Source: an uncultured Deinococcales bacterium (GTDB lineage Bacteria; Deinococcota; Deinococci; Deinococcales; JAAFIG01). Taken from it: 19,171 nucleotides of DNA. The DNA is taken from assembly GCA_964247135.1 (NCBI GenBank), contig CAXTTL010000078.1, forward strand, positions 1 to 19,171, read 5' to 3'. Position 1 is the first letter of the stretch, and each line of letters starts with the position of its first letter. Position numbers and translations under genes: made by a program. Below the pieces are notes generated by a model. That model was not told the origin of the DNA and did not search any database. It saw only the letters and a list, made by a program, of their open reading frames with translations. This document shows, in pieces, positions 1 through 7,785 of this stretch.

Positions 1-158
1 CCCCGCGTTCACGGGGTTATACCCCGCAAAGCGTGGGGCGCGGAGGTCGGGGTAACGATTTGAGGCATCATCCAAATTTATCCCGAATGTACTTGGTTTA
101 GATCGTCGCCCACTGGCTCGAGGAAGCCAATTCCGATGGGATCAACCGTCGTTGGGTG

Positions 159-827
159 TTAGCGGCTAAACAAGCTCGATTCGGCAACCCAGGTCGCGTC
201 TTGCTTTTGACTGCTCGTTGCCGCCGCCTCAAATGCGATGGTGTTGTTGGATTTGTGGGTGAGAAAATAACCTGGATAGGCTTTGGATTCCAACGACAGC
301 GACCCGTTCAGTCCGCTTAAGCCTGGTCGGACGCAAAACGTAATCTCTTTGTCAAAAGTGGCGTTTTGGGAGGGGGCACTCCAGACCAGTCCGTAATCCA
401 CAGGCTTGGCATAGTTGTTTTCCGGTGAGGTGAATCCTCTTCCCTGGAGGTAGGTGTTTGCAAATTGCACAATCCCCAGAGAGATACAGCTTTTATCGGC
501 AACCCCCGCAATGACATCCCAGGCGGCGGCAGCCTGCGCCGAGTAGAGATCATTCGAAGCCGTCGCGTTTACAGGGTAGGCTCCAAAGGGTTTGATCAAA
601 AAGGCGTCTCGGGCAAGGTAACGGTTGGTCGTGCCTGGAACACGGAATGAATAGGTTCGACCCGTTTGCAAGAGTGGGGCAACGCTTGTGGACTGGTTTG
701 TTACCGATGCGCTGAGCAGCGGTTCGACTGTCGATGTACTTGGAGGCGTCTGACCGCAGGCGGCGAGCGTCATCAGACCACCGACCAGCACAATACGGGA
801 TAGCAAGGTTGGGAATATACTCAACAT
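159..827 (-). CDS. Lipoprotein with AbfB/CBM42-like (beta-trefoil) carbohydrate-binding domain, no catalytic domain
   Basis: RBS AAAGGAG 6 nt before ATG. Signal peptide ends in lipobox LAA-C, followed by a Ser/Thr/Pro linker. Repeated AbfB-like subdomain motifs: 'AAWDVIAGVADKSCISL', 'ITFCVRPGLSG..GSLSLESKAYPGYFLTH', 'KQDATW'. Confidence 0.75.
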   Translation of the reverse strand: MLSIFPTLLSRIVLVGGLMTLAACGQTPPSTSTVEPLLSASVTNQSTSVAPLLQTGRTYSFRVPGTTNRYLARDAFLIKPFGAYPVNATASNDLYSAQAAAAWDVIAGVADKSCISLGIVQFANTYLQGRGFTSPENNYAKPVDYGLVWSAPSQNATFDKEITFCVRPGLSGLNGSLSLESKAYPGYFLTHKSNNTIAFEAAATSSQKQDATWVAESSLFSR

Positions 828-1326
828 AGGTCACTCCTTTATAGCCTTACGAGCACGGGCGCCACGCTGAGATCTCAGGGTGACTGACGAACAACAGGGA
901 TGATGGAGTTTGATGCCTCCATCCCCAGATACGCTTGCCAGACCGTTGCGGATTCAAACCCAAGACAATAACCCGAGAAGTTTGGTATCGGTTCTCGAGA
1001 CACGCTTGTGGTACGCCGCTTACAGCAGAAGATGTTTGCCGTGATGCCCGTATTTTGTTCACTGTTGGTGTGAGCAACCACAGCCCTCTCGAGAATTCCA
1101 GTTTTCGGCTAAGGGCAAGAGCATAACTTGGCTGGTGTGGACTTTACAGCGCTTTGCACAACGATTTCGCGCGAGGCGACCCAAGCCCGTTAGCTGTGTC
1201 TTTGGGGTCAAGACAGGTGTCTCTTATAGTCAGGAAACGCTGAAGTGAGATCAAGAATTGTCTTAACGGATACGCAAGGCGCTGTGGTGTACGCAGACTT
1301 CATCGGCGAGCGCATCAAAGTCAAAA

Positions 1327-1355
1327 TTCTCGGGTTTTAACTTAAAACCCGAGAA
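1327..1355. repeat. Perfect 29-bp palindrome (14-bp arms, 1-nt centre)
   Basis: TTCTCGGGTTTTAA-C-TTAAAACCCGAGAA, in the 764-bp intergenic region. Confidence 0.9.
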
Positions 1356-1591
1356 GGTGCTGGTAAAAACACACTGATTTTTTGACGGTCACATTCGAGT
1401 ATGCAAAGTATTAAGAACGTGTAGTACACGAAACGGTTATGGTTGTCAAACGTCAGTCAAATTTAAAGCTGCACACTTTGAAGGGTTAAGGCTCAAACAG
1501 GACAGGTCACTAAAAAGTGATCTGAAATGGGGGATTTGGTTCCTAAACCCAGGTACCACTTTCTGAGTACACTTCAAATCACTGAATGGCT

Positions 1592-1945
1592 TTAGCCGCG
1601 AATTTCGTCGATCACCACGCCATTTCGCAAGATTTGAACAACGGCGGTGCCCGCTACAGTGCTGGTGCGGATCGAAACCTGACCCTCGTAAGTCCGAACT
1701 TGTTTCTTGCCGTTGATTGCGATTTCGCAAGTCGAAATCGTACCGTCAAACGAGCATTGAACGCGGACATCGTTGCTGGTGCTCGGTGTGGTTGGGGGTA
1801 CAGGCGGCTTTGGGGGCGTTGGCGGCTTTGCTGGCTTTTGAGCGAGGGCGGCGGTGTCAGACACGTCGGCGGGCGCAGAAAGATTACCACAGGCAGACAA
1901 ACTAAACATCAACAACATCCCCATCAACGCTTGAAACTTTTTCAT
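1592..1945 (-). CDS. Small hypothetical lipoprotein with Pro-rich linker (117 aa)
   Basis: RBS AAGGAG, MKK + hydrophobic stretch + lipobox LSA-C, linker PAKPPTPPKPPVPPTTP, then a ~60-aa beta-rich C-terminal domain with two Cys. Confidence 0.8.
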   Translation of the reverse strand: MKKFQALMGMLLMFSLSACGNLSAPADVSDTAALAQKPAKPPTPPKPPVPPTTPSTSNDVRVQCSFDGTISTCEIAINGKKQVRTYEGQVSIRTSTVAGTAVVQILRNGVVIDEIRG

Positions 1946-2399
1946 ATTTTCTCCTTAAACACGAGTTGCCAATCTTGGATTGGCTGGTTGATCAGCTCAC
2001 CTGAGAGGCTATGAGGCGAGAACAACAAAAAATAGACGATAGCACAAGCAATATCTGTACCTCCAACAACCGAATTTTTTCTTGCGCAAAAGATATTAAA
2101 TTTTAATACCTTTAAAAATAGGTCTTTTTGGACTGAAACGAAAAAACCCAACGATGCTTTTCATGCCAGGACGATTCTAAGCCTTGTCAATCAACCTCAC
2201 AGCGGTGCTCAACTGAAATTCCTTTGGTAATTTTTCACAAAGATTTTGGAGTTGGTTGAAAGAAATGGTTCACCGGGTTTTCAAAGATTGTGATTGTATT
2301 TAAACAAGCAGAAGCCATTTCTAAATCAAGGTGGGTTTAGCGTTTTGGGTCTAATTTCACCCCCAAAATCGAACCTAATGTTTGGGTTTTGATCCCGAA

Positions 2400-3809
2400 T
2401 CATTGCCATATGAAGCTGACCACGCCGTTCCCCGGAACGCTAAATTTGAACGATTGACCACCGTCGCTGATCGTTACATCTTCGTCGGAAAGCACTGAAT
2501 TGTTCACCAACAGCACCAGCGTGCCGTCAGGATTTTTAAACGCCACCGTTTGAATGGTGGAGCTTTTGGATTCGGAGGCAATGCGTATTGCCCCGACTTG
2601 CACAAATTTACTGGCTTGTCCGAGCGCATAGTATTCAACGTTGTAATCAACAATGCCTGTCTTTTGGTTGATGGTGATGATCCCTCGACAATTTGGGCAG
2701 CCGCCGTTTTGAGGTCCATAATTTTCGTCGAGCGCCAAATTCCACATCACTGCCGTGCGCGACCAGTTTCGTATCGGATTTATCAATATGCTTTGCGCGA
2801 TGTATTGCAGGTTGCTGCGAAAACTTTTCGACCAGGCGCCGCCCGAGCACTCGGTGAAGTACATTTCTTTATCGGGATGGGCGGTTTGGATCAACGATTG
2901 TGCGCTCGGCACGCCGGCGTAACAATGAAATGCTGTCCCCGCAACAAAGGCTCGAGCGTCATTATCCTCCAAGATGGTCTTTGGATATTCGGGGTGGTCC
3001 CAGTTGTGGTCCCAAATCAGAATTTTGGTTTTCAAGTTTGCCGCCTTTAACATGGGACCGAGCAGCTTAATAACCTCAATCTGTTCTTGCGGAGACATGA
3101 ACATGCCAGGGTAGGTATTCGGCTCGTAATACGGTTCGTTTTGCAAACTGATCGCATAAATTGTTATTCCTTGGGCAGCATAAGCCTGAATAAACTTGAG
3201 AAAATACGTAGCCAGCCAGACAGTGCCGCCAGGTTTGAGCCGACCATTGAAGACCGAATTGCTGGTTTTCATCCAGGCTGGCGGACTCCAAGGCGTGCCC
3301 ATGATTTTAAGCTTGGGGTTGATCTCGAGGATTCTTTTCAAAATCGGTATGATCGATTCTTTGTCGTGTGAAATTGAAAATTTCTCGAGTTGCGGATCGG
3401 TTTGACCGTTTGGCAAATCGTCGTAGGTGTAATTGCCGAGCGCAAAATCGGAGGCGCCCATCGGTTGGCGCAAAAAACTCAAGCCAATGCCCGTTTTGGG
3501 GTTGAAGAGTTGTTGTAAGGTTTTCTCGCGCGTTTCGGGTGTCAACTTTTTCGCCATCAGCCACGCCGAAGATTCGGTCAGCGATGCCCCAAAACCATCA
3601 ATCTCTTGAAAGCTGATGTTGGCATCGACTGTGATGGTTGCATCCATGAGTCGCCCAGTCGTCACCGGCAACGGTTCTTGCCGCTCGAGTTTGCTACCGC
3701 CGTCAAAGCTGCTGAGCCAGACTTCAGCTTGTTTTGGCGTGTCGGCACGAACCAGGCCAACCAGGCTGAGCAAGACGATTGAACTGAACCACCAAAATTG
3801 AATTTTCAT
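2400..3809 (-). CDS. Secreted glycoside hydrolase family 30 (glucosylceramidase family; GH30_3 endo-beta-1,6-glucanase-like)
   Basis: Motifs FQEIDGFGASLTES, LRQPMGASDF, SPPAWMKT, QNEP (acid/base), WDHNWD, FHCY, FTECSGG (nucleophile), WNLALDENYGP. Start taken as ATG 3809, which overlaps the GH3 stop (TGATG) and begins a signal peptide. Confidence 0.92.
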   Translation of the reverse strand: MKIQFWWFSSIVLLSLVGLVRADTPKQAEVWLSSFDGGSKLERQEPLPVTTGRLMDATITVDANISFQEIDGFGASLTESSAWLMAKKLTPETREKTLQQLFNPKTGIGLSFLRQPMGASDFALGNYTYDDLPNGQTDPQLEKFSISHDKESIIPILKRILEINPKLKIMGTPWSPPAWMKTSNSVFNGRLKPGGTVWLATYFLKFIQAYAAQGITIYAISLQNEPYYEPNTYPGMFMSPQEQIEVIKLLGPMLKAANLKTKILIWDHNWDHPEYPKTILEDNDARAFVAGTAFHCYAGVPSAQSLIQTAHPDKEMYFTECSGGAWSKSFRSNLQYIAQSILINPIRNWSRTAVMWNLALDENYGPQNGGCPNCRGIITINQKTGIVDYNVEYYALGQASKFVQVGAIRIASESKSSTIQTVAFKNPDGTLVLLVNNSVLSDEDVTISDGGQSFKFSVPGNGVVSFIWQ

Positions 3810-5647
3810 CAATACCACTCGCTGTCGGTGGTTAAACCAAAGCCCAGCTCAAACAAGGCTTGGCTCGAGGGTGTCAACGGAATGTCGTCATGAGATTTCG
3901 CCCAGTGAAATCCAAGTTTGCCCGTGAACGGATATTGCCCGTAGAGCACATCGGCTATGCCTGCGCCTTCGATTCCAGGCAACCAGGCAGCCACAAACGC
4001 ATCCCAATGTGCCAATTGATCGCTGACGATTAACGGTCGCCCCGAGAGCAGCACGACAACCATTTGCCCGCAACGCGCTCGAACCCGCTCAAGCAACAGT
4101 TTTTGATCGGTGTTCAGTTCCAGACTGATGCGATCACCCATACCCTCGGCATAGGTTTCTTCGGACAGCACGACTAAACCAACTTCAAAATGCTGCTCGA
4201 GATTTCCATCGGGACTGTAAACAACAGCATTTTCTGCTGCCATGGACTGCAAACCCTCGAGAATCGTTGTACCAGGTGTGATCGCTCCAGTTCCACCCAT
4301 CCAGGTAATACTCCAGCCGCCGCATTGCAAACCAATATCATGCGCGGCAGCACCAGCCACCAGCAAACGTGTATCCCGAGATAAGGGCAGTACATTTTCG
4401 TTCTTCAACAAAACCAATGATTTTCTGACTGCCTCCTGAGCGACGTGGCGATGTTCTGAACACCCAACTTGCTCGAGCCACTTTTTGTCGGTGCGTGGAT
4501 GTTGAAACAGCCCCAGTTGTTCTTTGACATGCAAAATGCGACTGACCGCATCGTCTATTCGGTCAAGTGACACATCGCCTTTGGTAACGGCTTGTTCAAG
4601 GGTCATGATAAAACTCAGGTAATCAAACGGAACCATAATCATGTCCAGTCCAGCGTTGATCGAAGAAACCACATTGCCATAAAAGTCGCTTGGCAATTGC
4701 TGAACTGCTTCCCAGTCAGACACCAGAAAGCCCTGGAAGCCAAGCTCACCTTTTAAGACATCGGTCAGCAAATACTTGTGCTCATGCATTCGCGTGCCCA
4801 TCCAACTCGAGTACGAAACCATCACGTTCAAGGCGCCTGCGGCAATGGTTGCCGCGTAAGCAGATAAATCCTCAGAACGCAAAATGGTTTCCTCGAGTGT
4901 ACTTGCGCCCTGATCGAGTTGCCAGCCGCCACGATCCAGCAGCGCGACAAAATCTTCGCCCATCGTGGCGATTGCCAGCGTGCGGTCTGTCTCCAGGTTG
5001 ACGCGATCTGAGCGCGTTGACGTGCCCCAATTGGTCGCGCCATCGGCAATAAAATGCTTCACAGATGGCAGTACCGCCGTTGGAGAATCCCAAGCTTCGC
5101 CCTTCAAGCCCTCGAGGTAAGCGACTGCGAGTTCTCGGACAATGCCTGCGTCCTGGCTGTAACCCTCGTAGGTTCGACCCCAACGAATGTCCCTGGGGAT
5201 CGAAACGGCTGGCGCAAAATCCCAACGCACACCTGTCGCCAGGCATTCGAGCGCGGTGACTCGAGCGATGCGTTTGATCAGGTCGGCATCTCGTGTGCAG
5301 CCAAGACCGATGTTGTGCGGGAATATCGTTGCGCCGACCATGTTGTTGTGCCCGTGAACGCCGTCGGAACCGTACAGCAGTGGGATGCCAAGCCTCGAGG
5401 CGAGCGCCTCCTCTTGAAACGCTACGACCATTGCACGCCACGATTCGGGATTATTCGGCGTTGGATTGCCGCCGCCACCACTGAGTACCGAACCCAAAGC
5501 CAAACGCGTAACATCTCCCGGCTTGAGGCTGTTCTTCTCGACCTGGGTCATCTGCCCGATTTTCTCGAGCAAGGTCATTTGTGCGACCCGAGCTTGGGTG
5601 GCAGCCGAAATCCAGGGGGTGGGAACTTGTTTTTCAAGGGTTTGCAT
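3809..5647 (-). CDS. Glycoside hydrolase family 3 beta-glucosidase / exo-beta-glucanase (barley ExoI-like), cytoplasmic
   Basis: Motifs MTLLEKIGQMTQVE, LSGGG, DGVHGHNN, RWGRTYEGY, KHF, SDW (nucleophile Asp), SLVLLKN, YAEGMGD, AAWLPG. No signal peptide. RBS GGAGA. Confidence 0.95.
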   Translation of the reverse strand: MQTLEKQVPTPWISAATQARVAQMTLLEKIGQMTQVEKNSLKPGDVTRLALGSVLSGGGGNPTPNNPESWRAMVVAFQEEALASRLGIPLLYGSDGVHGHNNMVGATIFPHNIGLGCTRDADLIKRIARVTALECLATGVRWDFAPAVSIPRDIRWGRTYEGYSQDAGIVRELAVAYLEGLKGEAWDSPTAVLPSVKHFIADGATNWGTSTRSDRVNLETDRTLAIATMGEDFVALLDRGGWQLDQGASTLEETILRSEDLSAYAATIAAGALNVMVSYSSWMGTRMHEHKYLLTDVLKGELGFQGFLVSDWEAVQQLPSDFYGNVVSSINAGLDMIMVPFDYLSFIMTLEQAVTKGDVSLDRIDDAVSRILHVKEQLGLFQHPRTDKKWLEQVGCSEHRHVAQEAVRKSLVLLKNENVLPLSRDTRLLVAGAAAHDIGLQCGGWSITWMGGTGAITPGTTILEGLQSMAAENAVVYSPDGNLEQHFEVGLVVLSEETYAEGMGDRISLELNTDQKLLLERVRARCGQMVVVLLSGRPLIVSDQLAHWDAFVAAWLPGIEGAGIADVLYGQYPFTGKLGFHWAKSHDDIPLTPSSQALFELGFGLTTDSEWY

Positions 5648-5676
5648 GTGTCTCTCCGATGCCTCAAACTCGAGCT

Positions 5677-6753
5677 TTATTTGTCCACCCCGGTTGCCAC
5701 CACGCCTTGAATAAAAAAGCGTTGAGCAAAAAAGAAAATGGTTAAGGGTAAAATCATGGTCAGAACAGAGGCGGCTTGCACCAGTTGATTTTCTGAACTG
5801 TACAAACCGTTAAACCTGAACAATCCGAGCGACAGTGGATTGACGCTGTCATTGCCCGCCAGGTAAATAAGGGGTCCAAAAAAGTCGTTCCAGGCAAAGA
5901 AAAAGTGAAACAATCCAACGGCGATCAGGGCGGGTAAAGCTTGGGGAAGCATGATCGAGAAGAAAATTCGGATTGGTCCTGCGCCATCAATTTTTGCGGA
6001 TTCCTCAGACTCTCGAGGGATGGTCATGAAGTATTGACGCAGCAAGAAGACGTTGTAGGCATTAGAGAAGAATTGCGGAATAATCAGTGGCAACCACGAG
6101 CCGATCCAACCGAGTTTGTAAAATAGGGCATAGGTGGGAATGCTGGTGACTTGCGGCGGCAAGATGATCGTGGCCACCAGCACCACAAAGAAAGCGTTTT
6201 TGAACGGAAATTGAAACCGTGCAAATCCGTAAGCAACCAAGGCGGCAGATCCAACGGCGGCGATGGTCGTGATACCGGCGTACATCAGGGTATAACTCAG
6301 TAAACGTAAAAAGTTGATGAAGTTAAAGGCTTTTGGGTAATTGTCCCACTGCGGTGCGGTGCGATACGCTGGGTTGAGGGTGCGCCAAGCGCCCTGCCAA
6401 ACGATGACCCCTGCGACTGGATTGCTTGGATCAATGAACAAACTTTGGCTGCGCCCAGGCTTTATCAGCGCCAACTCGCGATTTCCAAACTCGAACGGTA
6501 CGGTATAAATATCGAATTCTTCGCCCTGGTAGGCGTATTTCTGGGCGACCGATGGCAATATTGGCGCGTTGGCATCGCTGGCTTGGGCTTTGGATTTCAA
6601 TGAGCCGACCAGACTGAAAACCAATGGCAGCAAATACATCAACAAAATCACCAGGGTCAACGATCCAGTTGCGGTTTTCAGCACCAGAATTTGTCTGGCT
6701 TTGGCTTGAGATTTCTTTTTCGGTCTTCTTGTGGCGTATTGAACGTTCTGCAT
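5677..6753 (-). CDS. Carbohydrate ABC transporter permease (MalG/UgpE type)
   Basis: Multiple TM segments, AYGFARFQFP, EAA loop 'ESEESAKIDGAG', C-terminal 'FFAQRFFIQGVVATGVDK'. Start overlaps the upstream stop (TAATG). Confidence 0.93.
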   Translation of the reverse strand: MQNVQYATRRPKKKSQAKARQILVLKTATGSLTLVILLMYLLPLVFSLVGSLKSKAQASDANAPILPSVAQKYAYQGEEFDIYTVPFEFGNRELALIKPGRSQSLFIDPSNPVAGVIVWQGAWRTLNPAYRTAPQWDNYPKAFNFINFLRLLSYTLMYAGITTIAAVGSAALVAYGFARFQFPFKNAFFVVLVATIILPPQVTSIPTYALFYKLGWIGSWLPLIIPQFFSNAYNVFLLRQYFMTIPRESEESAKIDGAGPIRIFFSIMLPQALPALIAVGLFHFFFAWNDFFGPLIYLAGNDSVNPLSLGLFRFNGLYSSENQLVQAASVLTMILPLTIFFFAQRFFIQGVVATGVDK

Positions 6754-7703
6754 TATTTGTCACCGCCAGCGTAGTACACCCAGCGCCTCGATGTGCCAAA
6801 CAGCACCAAGGTAATCAAAAGTGCGATCAAAAACATAAACCAGGCGATGGTTGCCCCGTAGCCCATGTTGAGAAATCCAAACGCCTGTTTGAAAAAATGG
6901 ATCATGTAAAAATACGTCGAGCCGTTCGGATAGCCACTGCCGCCGTTTAAGATGTAGGGCGTGATGAAAAATTGCAATAATCCGATCACACTTAAAACCA
7001 GATTGTAAAAAATCACAGGTGAAATCATTGGGAATGTAATGTTCCAGAGTTGCCGCCACCAACTCGCGCCGTCGATGCTGGCAGCTTCATACAGTTCGGT
7101 CGGAACGTTTTGCAGGCTCGCCATGTAATACAAAATGGCATTGCCGATACCCCAAATTCCCATCAATGTGTAGGCAACGTAAACCAGGTTTTGATCGTCG
7201 AACCAACGAATCCCCTGAGCGCCAGAGGCGTCAAAACCAAAAATAAATTCGATCAAACGGTTCAACCAACCCGTGGTTGGATCAAGATAACCGCTCCAAA
7301 TCAGCAAACTTGCCACAGCAGGAACCATCGTTGGGGCGTAAAACAGCGTGCGGAACAAATCTCGAGCGATCAGGTGCTTGGAGTTTAAGAGCACGGCGAT
7401 AAAAAGCGCGGTAAACATGCCAATCGGTAAGGAAATAAAGGCAAATTTAAACGTCACCCACAAGCCAGACCAGACCAGGGGATCATCGAACAAAAGACGT
7501 TTCCAATTGGCAAACCCAATAAACTGCGCCTTATCGGGTTCGGTCAGTGTGAAATCGAACAAGGTAAACACAAACGAGGCGATCATCGGGAAAAAATAAA
7601 AAATCAGAAAACCGATCACCCAAAGGCTGATAAAACTGTAACCCCAGATGGCTTCGGTTGTCGCGAGGCTACGCCTTTGGTTGCTTGCAGTTAGGGTTGT
7701 CAC
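6753..7703 (-). CDS. Carbohydrate ABC transporter permease (MalF/UgpA type)
   Basis: EAA loop 'ELYEAASIDGASWWRQLWNITFPMISP', 'MGYGATIAW'. Start set at GTG 7703, which has GGAGG 5 nt upstream. The longer ORF start (7805) overlaps the binding-protein gene. Confidence 0.93.
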   Translation of the reverse strand: MTTLTASNQRRSLATTEAIWGYSFISLWVIGFLIFYFFPMIASFVFTLFDFTLTEPDKAQFIGFANWKRLLFDDPLVWSGLWVTFKFAFISLPIGMFTALFIAVLLNSKHLIARDLFRTLFYAPTMVPAVASLLIWSGYLDPTTGWLNRLIEFIFGFDASGAQGIRWFDDQNLVYVAYTLMGIWGIGNAILYYMASLQNVPTELYEAASIDGASWWRQLWNITFPMISPVIFYNLVLSVIGLLQFFITPYILNGGSGYPNGSTYFYMIHFFKQAFGFLNMGYGATIAWFMFLIALLITLVLFGTSRRWVYYAGGDK

Positions 7704-7742
7704 GTGAACCTCCGAATGGCTCGAGCACAGCCAAAATTTTGA

Positions 7743-7778
7743 GGCTCGAGGGACGAGATTGATCTCGTCCCTCGAGCC
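7743..7778. terminator. Intercistronic stem-loop after the binding-protein gene (mRNA stabiliser or partial terminator)
   Basis: Perfect 17-bp arms GGCTCGAGGGACGAGAT-TG-ATCTCGTCCCTCGAGCC, 7 nt after the stop codon. No U-tract on the minus strand. Confidence 0.65.
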
Positions 7779-7785
7779 GATTGGT

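Noticed and set aside
1..38. Type I-E CRISPR-like repeat stems (CCCCGC...GGGG)
   Set aside because: The two hairpins differ in sequence, abut with no spacer, have no third copy and no cas genes are in the window. An array beyond the edge cannot be excluded.
828..1591. Short ORFs, integron attC site or riboswitch in the long intergenic region
   Set aside because: The ORFs lack an RBS and recognisable motifs. No paired RYYYAAC/GTTRRRY boxes with an attC-like stem were found, and no riboswitch consensus that I can match.
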